64,000 nucleotides of DNA from Alphaproteobacteria bacterium (GTDB lineage: Bacteria; Pseudomonadota; Alphaproteobacteria; G965222575), in assembly GCA_965222575.1 (NCBI GenBank), contig OZ244958.1, forward strand, positions 1,024,001 to 1,088,000, read 5' to 3'. A program made the translations under genes and the position numbers. Below are positions 1 to 9,233 of the stretch, in pieces; the stretch's first letter is position 1; the number at the start of each line of letters is the position of its first letter. The notes beneath the pieces were generated by a model. It was not told where the DNA came from, did no database searches, and saw nothing but the letters and a program-made list of their open reading frames with translations.

Positions 1-1
1 G

Positions 2-97
2 GATGTGCTGCCTTTTTTGGGGTGGCTTTTAGGGATGAGTTTCTTATCTTTGGGTATTGTGCCCCCTTTGTGCGCCTTATTGCTTAAGGAGGTATGA
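2..97 (+). CDS. 3' end of a membrane protein, possibly heme exporter CcmB (partial)
   Basis: Frame 2 is open from the window edge: DVLPFLGWLLGMSFLSLGIVPPLCALLLKEV, stopping 1 nt before the asd ATG. The hydrophobic helix resembles CcmB C-termini, but the fragment is too short to be sure. Confidence 0.35.
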   Translation, partial: DVLPFLGWLLGMSFLSLGIVPPLCALLLKEV

Positions 98-98
98 G

Positions 99-1112
99 AT
101 GTATAATGTGTGTGTGGTAGGGGCTACAGGCAATATTGGTCGCAAAATGGTGTCGCTTTTAGAGGCGTGTAACTTTCCTGTTAGAAATTTAAGGCTTTTA
201 GCATCTGTGCAATCTGCTGGGCAAACTCTCTCTTTTCGAGGACGGAAGATTGCTGTTGCTGCTCTTGAAGGGTTTTCCTTTGAGGGGATGGATATTGCGC
301 TGTTTTCTGCTGGCGGTAAGGTCTCTTCTGTTTATGGGCTAAGAGCAGTGGAAGCGGGATGTTTTGTCATTGATAATTCCTCCTATTTTCGTATGGACTC
401 AGAGGTTCCTCTGGTGGTACCTGAGTGTAATCCAGAAGCTGTTGGGGGAGCGAAAAAGCGGATTATTGCTAATCCTAATTGTTCTACGATTCAGCTTGTG
501 GTGGCGTTAAAACCCTTTGAGGATTGGGGGAAAGTTCTTCGAGTGGTGGTGACGACTTTTCAGTCGGTTTCAGGGGCTGGCAAGCGTGCTATGGAGATAT
601 TGCATGCACAAACAAAGGATTACTTGCTAGAGGGGGAGATGAAAGAGAAAGGTGTCTTTCCGCACCAGATAGCTTTTAATGTTCTTCCACAGATAGGAGA
701 TTTTGATGGGAGAGGGAACACGGAGGAAGAGTGTAAGATGGTGCGTGAGATTCCAAAGATTTTAGGGAGGGACATTGGCGTATTTGCTACGTGTGTGCGC
801 GTGCCTGTTTTTGTTGGTCATTGTGAGGCGGTGTGTATAGAGATGGGGAAGGAGATTTCTGTGGAGGAAGCGTCTAGGCTTTTACGGGCGGCGCGGGGTG
901 TGGTGTTAGCGGATGATGACAATTCTTATGCGACGCCGCTGGATGTTGCGGAAAAGGATGGTGTATTTGTTGGACGGCTACGGAAGGACAGGTCTGTGAA
1001 GAGGGGTCTTGGGTTTTGGGTAGTGGCGGATAATTTGCGTAAGGGAGGAGCATTGAATGCGGTAGAGATAGCGCAGTTATTGGTAGAAAAGTCTTTGTTG
1101 AGGGGCAGATGA
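99..1112 (+). CDS. asd: aspartate-semialdehyde dehydrogenase
   Basis: VVGATGNIG Rossmann motif, IANPNCST catalytic Cys, QSVSGAG, CVRVPVFVGH, DNLRKGGALNAV. Start moved to ATG 99, downstream of SD AAGGAGG. Confidence 0.96.
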   Translation: MYNVCVVGATGNIGRKMVSLLEACNFPVRNLRLLASVQSAGQTLSFRGRKIAVAALEGFSFEGMDIALFSAGGKVSSVYGLRAVEAGCFVIDNSSYFRMDSEVPLVVPECNPEAVGGAKKRIIANPNCSTIQLVVALKPFEDWGKVLRVVVTTFQSVSGAGKRAMEILHAQTKDYLLEGEMKEKGVFPHQIAFNVLPQIGDFDGRGNTEEECKMVREIPKILGRDIGVFATCVRVPVFVGHCEAVCIEMGKEISVEEASRLLRAARGVVLADDDNSYATPLDVAEKDGVFVGRLRKDRSVKRGLGFWVVADNLRKGGALNAVEIAQLLVEKSLLRGR

Positions 1113-2080
1113 AAAGAGTGGTGGTTTTATTTCCCGGTCAGGGGTCTCAATTTGTTGGGATGGGGGAGTCTTTGGCGGCATTTTCTGGGGCGGCGCGGGA
1201 CATTTTCAGGCGTGCGGATAAGGTATTGGGAATGTCTTTATCCTCTGTCATGGCGCGCGGTCCGGCAGAGGAATTACAGGCAACCCATCATGCCCAACCT
1301 GCTCTTTTGGCGGTGAGTATAGCAGTACTAGAAGCACTTAGGGAGAGAGGGAGTGACCTGATAGAAGGTGGGCGGACAGCATTTGTGATGGGACATTCTG
1401 TGGGGGAGTATACGGCTTTATGTGCTGCGGGGGCTGTGTCTTTAGAGGACTGTGTGGCTTTGTTGCGGAGAAGAGGGGAGGCTATGGGAGAAGAGGGGAA
1501 GAAAGTGCTGGGCGGTATGGTAGCTTTATTGGGGGGGGATGAAGGGGGTGGAGAGGCGTTGGCGAGACGTATACAGGAGGAAAGAGGGGGGTGTTGTGTG
1601 GTTGCGAATGATAACTGTACAGGACAAGTTGTGCTCAGTGGTGAAAAATCCAACATGCAGGCTGTGGTAGACCTTGTTCAGCAGGGGGGTGCTAAGGAGT
1701 GGGGTATTAGTAGGGCGGTAGCTTTGTCTGTGAGTGGGGCTTTTCATTCGCCTCTTATGTCTCCTGTGGTAGGGGTTTTGGAGAAAGCGTTTGAGAGGGT
1801 GTCTTGGGGTTTTCCTTGTGTCCCGGTGGTGAGCAATGTTTCTGCGCAGCCGATACGGAGTATTGAGGTGATAAAACCTCTTTTAGCGCAACAGGTAGCG
1901 TCAAAGGTGAGGTTTAGGGAGTCGTTAGAGACTGTTTTGCGTCAAAAAGTTGATGCTTTTGTGGAAGTAGGTGCTGGCAAAGTATTGGGGGGGCTTGTGA
2001 AGCGCATGGGGTTTGGGGGGGTGATTTATCGTCTTGAGACCCCAGAGGATATTGTACAATTTTCCGACCTCTACGGGTAG
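1109..2080 (+). CDS. fabD: malonyl-CoA:ACP transacylase
   Basis: FPGQGSQ, GHSVGEY catalytic Ser, SGAFHSPLM, VEVGAGKVL. ATGA-coupled to asd. Confidence 0.96.
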   Translation: MKRVVVLFPGQGSQFVGMGESLAAFSGAARDIFRRADKVLGMSLSSVMARGPAEELQATHHAQPALLAVSIAVLEALRERGSDLIEGGRTAFVMGHSVGEYTALCAAGAVSLEDCVALLRRRGEAMGEEGKKVLGGMVALLGGDEGGGEALARRIQEERGGCCVVANDNCTGQVVLSGEKSNMQAVVDLVQQGGAKEWGISRAVALSVSGAFHSPLMSPVVGVLEKAFERVSWGFPCVPVVSNVSAQPIRSIEVIKPLLAQQVASKVRFRESLETVLRQKVDAFVEVGAGKVLGGLVKRMGFGGVIYRLETPEDIVQFSDLYG

Positions 2081-2667
2081 AGCAGCTGACTTTTCCAGTT
2101 ACCGTTTTTCTCTTGGAGGTAATAACGGCGGGTGTGCAAACGGTTATTGCCTTCTTGCCAAAATTCTATTTCTTGAGGCTTCAGAAAGAATCCTCCCCAG
2201 TGTGTTGGTCTTTTTATGGGCAGGCGTTGCTTTTGCTCTTCATAGGATTTGTGTAACTCCTCTTGGGATGCGAGAGGCTCGGATTGTTTCGAGACCAACG
2301 CTCCTATCTGGCTATTGATAGGCCTTGAGGCGAAATACTTATCATTTTCCGCTTCTGGCAGGAGATGGGCTTTCCCTCTTATCCGCACTTGGCGCATAAG
2401 AGATTTCCATAGAAAGCAAAGAGCGCATAAGGGATTCTTTTTCAATTCCATAGCTTTAACGCTCTTGAGATTCGTATAAAAACAGAGGCCGTCTTTGTAA
2501 AAGCCTTTGAACAGAACAATACGAATATTTGGCAGGCCATTTTTTCCTATAGTTGCAAGAGACATAGCCTGTGGATTGTTGATTTCCTTCAGTGTCGCTT
2601 CTTCAAACCATTGCTTGAAGCCTTCCAAAGGCTGGGGGCTATGGGTTAGTAAGGAAAAAAGTGCCAT
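2071..2667 (-). CDS. pdxH: pyridoxamine 5'-phosphate oxidase
   Basis: AMSLAT, RIVLFK, FYTNLKSVK, YFASRP, IEFWQ...RLH motifs. Start taken at ATG 2667. Confidence 0.94.
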   Translation of the reverse strand: MALFSLLTHSPQPLEGFKQWFEEATLKEINNPQAMSLATIGKNGLPNIRIVLFKGFYKDGLCFYTNLKSVKAMELKKNPLCALCFLWKSLMRQVRIRGKAHLLPEAENDKYFASRPINSQIGALVSKQSEPLASQEELHKSYEEQKQRLPIKRPTHWGGFFLKPQEIEFWQEGNNRLHTRRYYLQEKNGNWKSQLLYP

Positions 2668-2969
2668 CTTTTGAGTGAGTCCTATAAAAAGACAGTTTAA
2701 CAAAAACTTTGTAATTTGCCTATTTGTTCTCTTTTCTTTCTTGTTGGTTTTTGTACAATACTTTTATGACTAAGAAAACCATTGATGCGAAAAGTTGACG
2801 CTAGAGAAAGCTGTAAGCGGAGAGTTAGAAGAAGCGATTGAGAAGGGAGAAATTAAAGAGTGGAAGATGGTGTAGAAATACGCTATGGATTAGGAGAGAA
2901 AAAGTTGTGGAGGGCATGATAGAGTGTCAAAAGAGAGATTTTTAAGGATAATTAAAGATAAAGAGGTGC

Positions 2970-4394
2970 TTGATGTTTTTAGATTGTAAGACTCCTTCGG
3001 ATGTATTGGACGCACTTAGGAAACATAAGATAGAGATGGTGAGTTTGAGGTGTACGGATCTTTGTGGCAAGTGGCAACATGTGACTCTGCATAGTTCTGT
3101 TGTGGATGAGAAGGTTTTTGAAGAGGGGATTTATTTTGATGGTTCGTCTATTGGGGGATGGAAAGCCATTAATGAGTCGGATATGTCTCTTGTTGCGGAT
3201 GCTGAGACTGCTGTATTGGATCCTTTTACGACGACGCCGACTTTGATTATGTGTTGCACTGTTCAAGAGCCGACTACGGGTAAGGCTTATAGTCGTGACC
3301 CTCGTGCTTTGGCTAAGCGTGCTGAGGCGTATATCAAAATGGTAGGGATTGCTGATACGGCTTATTTTGGTCCTGAGGCGGAATTTTTTATTTTTGATGA
3401 TGTTCGTTTTGATATTAAGCCGAATCATATTTTTTGTCGCACTGATGATGTGGAGAGTCCTTACACGGGAGGGGAGGCTAAAGAGGGGGGAAATTTTGGA
3501 CACCGTCCTCGTATAAAAGGGGGGTATTTTCCTGTTGCCCCTGTTGATGGGGGACAGGATATGCGTGCTGAAATGCTGAAAACCTTGAAAGAGATGGGTT
3601 TAAAGGTAGAAAAACACCATCATGAAGTTGCCCCTAGTCAACATGAATTAGGCATTGGCTTTGATTCTCTGCTGAAGATTTCCGATTCTTTACAGGTCTA
3701 TAAATATGTTGTTCACAATATTGCTGAGGCTTATGGGAAAACAGCGACTTTTATGCCGAAACCTATCTGGGGGGATAATGGCAATGGTATGCATGTGCAT
3801 CAGTCTCTTTGGAGACAGAACACCCCTATTTTTGCTGGAAATGCGTATGAGCGGTTGTCTGAGTATGCCCTTTACTATATAGGCGGCATTATTAAGCATA
3901 CAAGAGCGCTTAATGCGTTTACTAATCCGGCGACGAACAGTTACAAGCGTTTAGTGATGGGATTTGAGGCGCCGGTGTTGTTGGCGTACTCTTCTAGGAA
4001 TCGTTCTGCGGCCTGTCGTATTCCTCATGCTTTAGGAGCGGAAGGGCAACGGGTTGAGGTGAGGTTTCCTGATCCGGCCGCAAACCCTTATTTAGCTTTT
4101 TCTGCTATGCTGATGGCAGGAATAGATGGCATTCGCAAGAAAATACATCCCGGGGAGGCTATTGATAAGAATCTCTATGATTTGCCTTTGGAGGAAGTGA
4201 AAGGAATTAGAACGGTGTGTAAGTCTTTGGAAGAAGCCCTTGAAGCGTTGAAGGAGGATATGGAATTCTTGTTAGCTGGAGATGTCTTTTCGAAAGATTT
4301 GATTGAAGGCTATATCAGTATTAAAGAGCAGGAAATCCAGCAATTACGTCTGATTCCTCATCCTGTAGAATATCATTTGTATTATAGTGTTTAG
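2970..4394 (+). CDS. glnA: glutamine synthetase type I
   Basis: FDGSSI, GPEAEFF, HHHEVA, FMPKP, NRSA, EVRFPD, and NLYDLP adenylylation site. Confidence 0.98.
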   Translation: MMFLDCKTPSDVLDALRKHKIEMVSLRCTDLCGKWQHVTLHSSVVDEKVFEEGIYFDGSSIGGWKAINESDMSLVADAETAVLDPFTTTPTLIMCCTVQEPTTGKAYSRDPRALAKRAEAYIKMVGIADTAYFGPEAEFFIFDDVRFDIKPNHIFCRTDDVESPYTGGEAKEGGNFGHRPRIKGGYFPVAPVDGGQDMRAEMLKTLKEMGLKVEKHHHEVAPSQHELGIGFDSLLKISDSLQVYKYVVHNIAEAYGKTATFMPKPIWGDNGNGMHVHQSLWRQNTPIFAGNAYERLSEYALYYIGGIIKHTRALNAFTNPATNSYKRLVMGFEAPVLLAYSSRNRSAACRIPHALGAEGQRVEVRFPDPAANPYLAFSAMLMAGIDGIRKKIHPGEAIDKNLYDLPLEEVKGIRTVCKSLEEALEALKEDMEFLLAGDVFSKDLIEGYISIKEQEIQQLRLIPHPVEYHLYYSV

Positions 4395-4397
4395 AGC

Positions 4398-5591
4398 TTG
4401 AGCATTCTGTCTGATATTGTTCAAAATATAAGCCATGCGGCTACTCTTGAAGTAGCGGCTTATGCGCGGTCTCTTAGAGAGCAGGGGAAAGATATTATTG
4501 ATTTGTCTTTGGGGGAACCTGATTTTGAAACGCCGGATGAAGTGAAGAAGGCAGCCTATGAGGCGATAAAGAGGAATGATACCCGTTATACCTCTGTTGC
4601 TGGCACGCCCGCTTTGAGACAGGCTGTGGCAGACAAGCTTCGTCGTGATAATGGTCTTGTCTATGAGATAGAGAATATTATTGTGGGAAATGGGGTGAAG
4701 CAAGTGCTTTATAATGCTTTAAGTGCAACACTTAATCCGGGAGACGAGGTCATTATTCCAGCGCCTTTTTGGGTTTCCTATCCTATGATGGTGGCATTAG
4801 CGGGAGGCAACCCGGTCATTGTAAAAACCCCCTCTTCACAGGACTTCAAAATCACCCCCGATGCCTTAGAAAAAGCCATTACACCTTCTACTAAGTGGTT
4901 GATTTTGAATTCTCCTTCTAACCCTACGGGGATGGTGTATTCGGCAGAGGAGCTCATGGCCTTAGGAGAGGTGTTAAACGCTACAAAGGTCTATATTTTA
5001 ACTGATGAGATTTATGAACACTTGGTCTATGGTCACCCTTTTGTCTCTTTTCTAACGGTGAATCCTCAGTTGCGGAACCGTAGTCTTGTGGTCAACGGCG
5101 TGTCTAAGGCCTACAGTATGACAGGATGGCGTATAGGGTATGGTGCTGGACCAAAAGAGATTATCGCTTCAATGCTTAAAGTTCAGGCTCACAGTACAGC
5201 TTGTGCTTCTTCTATCAGTCAGGCAGCAGCTAAAACGGCGTTAACGATGAATCAAGGCTTGTTAGAAGAGCGTTGTCGGGTTTTTGACGAAAGACGACAA
5301 AAAGTCATGCAGTGGATTGAGAAAGTGCCTTATCTTGATGCTAATAATCCCCAAGGGGCGTTTTATGTTTATATGTGTTGTCAAGACTTGATAGGCAAGA
5401 CATTGCCTAATGGAAAGGTGTTGCGAAATGATAAGGATGTCTCCTTATATTTTTTGGAGAAAGCGCAGGTTTCTTTAGTATGTGGTGCTGCATTTGGTCT
5501 TAGTCCTTATCTCCGTCTTTCTTATGCGACTTCTCTTTCTTCTCTGGAAGAGGCTTTAAGGCGCATGGAAGAGGCTTTGAAATGTTTGTAA
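4398..5591 (+). CDS. aspC: PLP-dependent aspartate aminotransferase (class I)
   Basis: GEPDF, NSPSNPTG, DEIY, SKAYSMTGWRIGY PLP-lysine motif. TTG start. Confidence 0.9.
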   Translation: MSILSDIVQNISHAATLEVAAYARSLREQGKDIIDLSLGEPDFETPDEVKKAAYEAIKRNDTRYTSVAGTPALRQAVADKLRRDNGLVYEIENIIVGNGVKQVLYNALSATLNPGDEVIIPAPFWVSYPMMVALAGGNPVIVKTPSSQDFKITPDALEKAITPSTKWLILNSPSNPTGMVYSAEELMALGEVLNATKVYILTDEIYEHLVYGHPFVSFLTVNPQLRNRSLVVNGVSKAYSMTGWRIGYGAGPKEIIASMLKVQAHSTACASSISQAAAKTALTMNQGLLEERCRVFDERRQKVMQWIEKVPYLDANNPQGAFYVYMCCQDLIGKTLPNGKVLRNDKDVSLYFLEKAQVSLVCGAAFGLSPYLRLSYATSLSSLEEALRRMEEALKCL

Positions 5592-5610
5592 TTTGTAAGT
5601 GGAAAAGCAG

Positions 5611-5640
5611 TTGATATGCAAGAGGAAGTCATGATAGCAT
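5611..5640 (+). promoter_or_regulatory. sigma70-like promoter of the dsbA pair (nearly leaderless)
   Basis: TTGATA-N18-TAGCAT with extended TG; ATG lies 5 nt downstream. Confidence 0.45.
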
Positions 5641-5645
5641 AGGGT

Positions 5646-6311
5646 ATGGGTTTTTTATATGAGAGGAGTGTAGCAAAAGTGCTCAAGCGCTTATTTTTCC
5701 TTTTAGCGGTTGTTTTTTGTCATTCTGCCCAAGCTAGTGAGATAGACTATAATGTTGAAATGGCATGGGGAGATAGTGTTGCCCCTGTAACGGTTACTCA
5801 ATACTCAGTTTATTGGTGTGGGGCTTGTACTTGGTGGCATCTGGAGCAGTTTTCGGACTTTCAGGAGCAATACATTGCAACAAAGAAAGTACGGTTTGTG
5901 CGGCGGCATTTGACCCATGGGTATGAAGGAGAAAAACTAGCGTCTCTGATTGGGCGTTGTGGAGGGGGAGATTTTCATCGTGATATGGCTCATGAGTTCT
6001 ATGAAAAATATGCAGAATGGGGGCGGAGTTCTGATAGGTTGTCCGCACTTATAGACCTTGCCATTAAAAATGGTCTGTCTAAGGAAAGGATTGATGTGTG
6101 TCTAGAAAATCAAGAGCTTAAGGATTTTGTGCACAGAGAATTTTCTCTTTTTCAACGGCAAGAGTGGCTTAAGGAGCACGAAGTGAATGCTTATCCTACC
6201 TTTTATATTGAAAATGAGGAGGGCGAATCCTTTATGGTGGTAGGGGGAGATACGAAAAAAATCATTGAGATTATTGAGAAGTTTTTAAATGTGGAGGAGG
6301 ATACCGACTAG
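5646..6311 (+). CDS. DsbA-family periplasmic thioredoxin-fold protein
   Basis: Signal peptide (AQA), G..APVTVTQY, CGAC motif, YPTF cis-Pro loop. Confidence 0.85.
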   Translation: MGFLYERSVAKVLKRLFFLLAVVFCHSAQASEIDYNVEMAWGDSVAPVTVTQYSVYWCGACTWWHLEQFSDFQEQYIATKKVRFVRRHLTHGYEGEKLASLIGRCGGGDFHRDMAHEFYEKYAEWGRSSDRLSALIDLAIKNGLSKERIDVCLENQELKDFVHREFSLFQRQEWLKEHEVNAYPTFYIENEEGESFMVVGGDTKKIIEIIEKFLNVEEDTD

Positions 6312-6318
6312 TCGGTAT
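6301..6318. repeat. perfect 18-bp palindrome ATACCGACTAGTCGGTAT
   Basis: Self-complementary when read directly; centred on the TAG stop of the first dsbA-like gene. Confidence 0.9.
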
Positions 6319-6329
6319 GTGCTAGTACT

Positions 6330-6914
6330 ATGTGGAGAAGATTGAGGAAGAGTAGTGGGCTTTTAGTGATAGTGTTTCTTCAGATGGGGTTACCTTCTGA
6401 GGGACAGTCTTGGTCTAGGGGGGATATGGTGTTAGGGAATCCCTCTGCGCCGGTACAGATTATAGAATATGCCTCTTTAAGTTGTACATCTTGTCAACAT
6501 TTTCACCTTAATGTCTTGCCAGAGGTTAAGAGGCGTTGGATTTCCACTGGGCAGGTTTCTTGGGTTTTCAGGGATTTTCCTCTTGATAGGCAAGCTGTTG
6601 TAGCGTCTATGCTGAGTAGATGTGGTGGGGATAAGAAGCGTGCAGGGTTGGTGACATTTTTTTTCAAGAAGTTGCCCCAATGGCTTCATTCGCAAGAGGA
6701 TAAACTTGTGCAGTTCGCTGTGATTGCTGGGCTTTCTAAGGACAAAGTGAAAGGGTGTCTTGAAGATAAAAAGTTAGAAGTTAGCGTCTTACAGTCGCGT
6801 TTAGATGGGGTAAAAAAGTATAACATTCGTGGGACGCCTACCTTTGTGTTGAATGGCAGTGTTATAAAAGGAAGCCTTACCATAGAAAAATTAGAAGCGC
6901 TCATAGAAAAATAG
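6330..6914 (+). CDS. DsbA-family protein (paralog 2)
   Basis: LGNPSAPVQIIEYASLSCTSC, RDFPLD, GTPTF. Confidence 0.9.
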   Translation: MWRRLRKSSGLLVIVFLQMGLPSEGQSWSRGDMVLGNPSAPVQIIEYASLSCTSCQHFHLNVLPEVKRRWISTGQVSWVFRDFPLDRQAVVASMLSRCGGDKKRAGLVTFFFKKLPQWLHSQEDKLVQFAVIAGLSKDKVKGCLEDKKLEVSVLQSRLDGVKKYNIRGTPTFVLNGSVIKGSLTIEKLEALIEK

Positions 6915-6955
6915 CCCCCTTGAGATTCATGAGGAGGAGTGTTTAGGGAAGCGGG

Positions 6956-8368
6956 TTACTTGCCAATACAAAAGCTAGAAAAAATTTCTTCTAAGATATC
7001 CTCTGTGTCTGTTTTGCCGAAGAGGCGGTCAAGAGACCTTATGCCTTGTCGTAGGCATTCTGCTTGTGCTTCTATTGGCATTTTCGGAGAAAGAGCAGTT
7101 AAAATTTCCAACGTTTCTTGTGCGACTTGTTGGTGTCGGAGACGTGTCAATGGCCCGGAAGGGGGGGGAAGGGTTTGTTGCTTGAGGCAGTTTTCTATGG
7201 CTTGTGTTAAAGGCTGTATATCCCCTTTCTGAGGGAGAGCGCAGATTGTGACGGATTGCTGTAGGGGGAGATTGAGAGGGGATGGGTCGAGTTGAGATTG
7301 TGTTTTTTTCAGTAGGTCTTTTTTGTTCTTGACTTCTATGATTGCTAGAGAGTCTTCTAAAGCGTTGCGGAGTGTTTTTGTTAAGGGAGGAAAATCAATA
7401 CCCGGGCATCTTATGAGGAGGGCGATATCACATCCTTGGGCTTGGAGGAGCGTTCGTTTTATGGCCTCTTTTTCTAAAGATTTTGAGGAGGAGGAGGAGG
7501 GGGAGGGGGAGGAGGAAGGTGAGGAGGAGGAGGGGTGGTGAAGTTGTTGTAGACCTGCTGTGTCTGCTATGGTGACTGTGAAGGGTCCTATGGGGAGTTC
7601 TATTTCTATGCTATCTCTTGTTGTGCCTGCTATGGAAGAGACGATAGCGGCGTTACGTTTTGTTAAAGCGTTAAAGATACTGGATTTTCCCACATTGGGT
7701 TGTCCTAGGAGGGCGATACGAAATCCGGTACGTACTTGCAGTGACCAACGACTAGCTTTTATGTGAGCAGCAATTGTGTTTGTGAGGGTTTTAGCGCCTT
7801 TGAGACTTTGCTGTTGTAAGTTGTTGGGCAGGTTTTCGTCCACGAAATCGATAGCGGCCTCTAGGCGTGAGAGGCACCATAGAAGTGTTTGTTGCCATTG
7901 TTGGCAAACAGAAGATAAGGAGCCTTCCAGTTGTTCTAAGGCTTGTAGGCGTTGTTGGCTTGAGCGTGCGGACAAGAGGTCACCTAGGGCTTCTGCTTCC
8001 ATGAGGTCGTATTTTCCTGAGTGAAAAGCTCTTTTGGTAAATTCTCCGGGTTCTGCGAGACGTAATCCTTTGCGGTTGCCGAGGTCTTCTAAAACGCTTT
8101 CCAAAACGTTGAGGCTTCCGTGGAGATATAGTTCTACTAAATCTTCGCCGGTGAAGCTTTTAGGGGCTTTGAACCACATGACTTGGGCGTAATCAAGCAG
8201 CTTTCCATCACGCCCCCATAATTTGTGTACAACACCTGTTCGTACAGGGGGAAGAGGTCTTTTTATCAGTGAGGTTAAAATCTCTTTACTCATGCTCCCT
8301 GATAGTCTTACAATCCCAAGTGCAGAGACACCAAATGGGGTTGAAAGGGCATAGATTGTATCAGGCAT
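6956..8368 (-). CDS. mnmE: tRNA modification GTPase MnmE
   Basis: DTIYALST, SFTGED, GQPNVGKSS, GTTRD, DTAG, NKKD, C-terminal FCIGK. Start at ATG 8368 after SD GGGAGG. Confidence 0.96.
   Translation of the reverse strand: MPDTIYALSTPFGVSALGIVRLSGSMSKEILTSLIKRPLPPVRTGVVHKLWGRDGKLLDYAQVMWFKAPKSFTGEDLVELYLHGSLNVLESVLEDLGNRKGLRLAEPGEFTKRAFHSGKYDLMEAEALGDLLSARSSQQRLQALEQLEGSLSSVCQQWQQTLLWCLSRLEAAIDFVDENLPNNLQQQSLKGAKTLTNTIAAHIKASRWSLQVRTGFRIALLGQPNVGKSSIFNALTKRNAAIVSSIAGTTRDSIEIELPIGPFTVTIADTAGLQQLHHPSSSSPSSSPSPSSSSSKSLEKEAIKRTLLQAQGCDIALLIRCPGIDFPPLTKTLRNALEDSLAIIEVKNKKDLLKKTQSQLDPSPLNLPLQQSVTICALPQKGDIQPLTQAIENCLKQQTLPPPSGPLTRLRHQQVAQETLEILTALSPKMPIEAQAECLRQGIRSLDRLFGKTDTEDILEEIFSSFCIGK
7485..7535. 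repeat. (GAG)n-rich microsatellite encoding a Ser/Pro insertion in MnmE
   Basis: gaggaggaggaggagggggagggggaggaggaaggtgaggaggaggagggg read directly. Confidence 0.85.
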
Positions 8369-8567
8369 GCCATTACCTCCCTTGCTCTCGCCAAGCAACA
8401 ACCGATTGAAAGTCTGTAACACAACAAGTTACAATAAAATCACAACTATTGAAAGACTAATCAGGTGGTTATAGGAACACTATTGATTCAGGGGGGGAAG
8501 TCAGTATACTTAGAGTTCGGGATGGTGTATACTGAGAGAAGTTTTTTGTGAGGGATTCTGGAATTGG

Positions 8568-8843
8568 ATGAAAAAATCTTGTCTTATAAAGCAGTTGAAA
8601 CAAGACTATCCTTATTGGCGGGATGAAGACTTAAGGCGTGCGGTGGAGGAGTTTTTTGCTTCTATTATGAGAGCTGTGGGTGAGAAGAAGTCTGTACAGA
8701 TACGGACTTTTGGGACTTTTCTGAACAAGAAGAAGGGGTCGGTGGTTTTAAATAGCATTGTTCATTCTGTACCGCGTGTTGTCCCTGAGCGTGGTGTGCC
8801 TGTTTTTCGGGTTTCAAGGGGGATGAAAAAAGTACTGGAATAG
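8568..8843 (+). CDS. HU/IHF-family DNA-binding protein (divergent)
   Basis: MKKSCLI start, VQIRTFGTF, VP.R.VP.F motif, 91 aa. Confidence 0.8.
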   Translation: MKKSCLIKQLKQDYPYWRDEDLRRAVEEFFASIMRAVGEKKSVQIRTFGTFLNKKKGSVVLNSIVHSVPRVVPERGVPVFRVSRGMKKVLE

Positions 8844-8853
8844 AGAGAGAGAG

Positions 8854-9225
8854 ATGATGTCTTCTTACGATTCTGATAATATTTTTGCTTCCATTTTGCG
8901 TAATGAGGTACCTTGTAAGCGCGTGTATGAGGATGAATATGCGTTGGCTTTTTGGGATAATGCCCCTTTAGCTGAGACGCATGTGTTGGTGGTTCCTAAG
9001 GGGGAGTGGTTGGAGCTTTGTCATTTTTTGGAGGGTGCTGAGAGAGAGCAGGTGTTGGGATTTTGGGCCGCTGTTGGGAGGACTGTGGATGTTTTAGGTC
9101 TTAGAGAGAAGGGGTTTCGCTTAATCAGCAATTGTGGTGTTGCTGGCGGTCAGGAAGTGCCGCATTTTCATGTACATATTCTTTCTGGGTCTTCTCTACC
9201 TTCTATGAAGGGTCTTTCTTCTTGA
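8854..9225 (+). CDS. HIT family nucleotide-binding protein
   Basis: YDSDNIFASILR, GQEVPHFHVHIL histidine triad. Confidence 0.93.
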   Translation: MMSSYDSDNIFASILRNEVPCKRVYEDEYALAFWDNAPLAETHVLVVPKGEWLELCHFLEGAEREQVLGFWAAVGRTVDVLGLREKGFRLISNCGVAGGQEVPHFHVHILSGSSLPSMKGLSS

Positions 9226-9233
9226 GGGGTTTT

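Noticed and set aside
8369-8567. Replication origin near mnmE
   Set aside because: No clustered TTATCCACA DnaA boxes seen, no lasting skew inversion, and no mnmG/parAB/hemE nearby.
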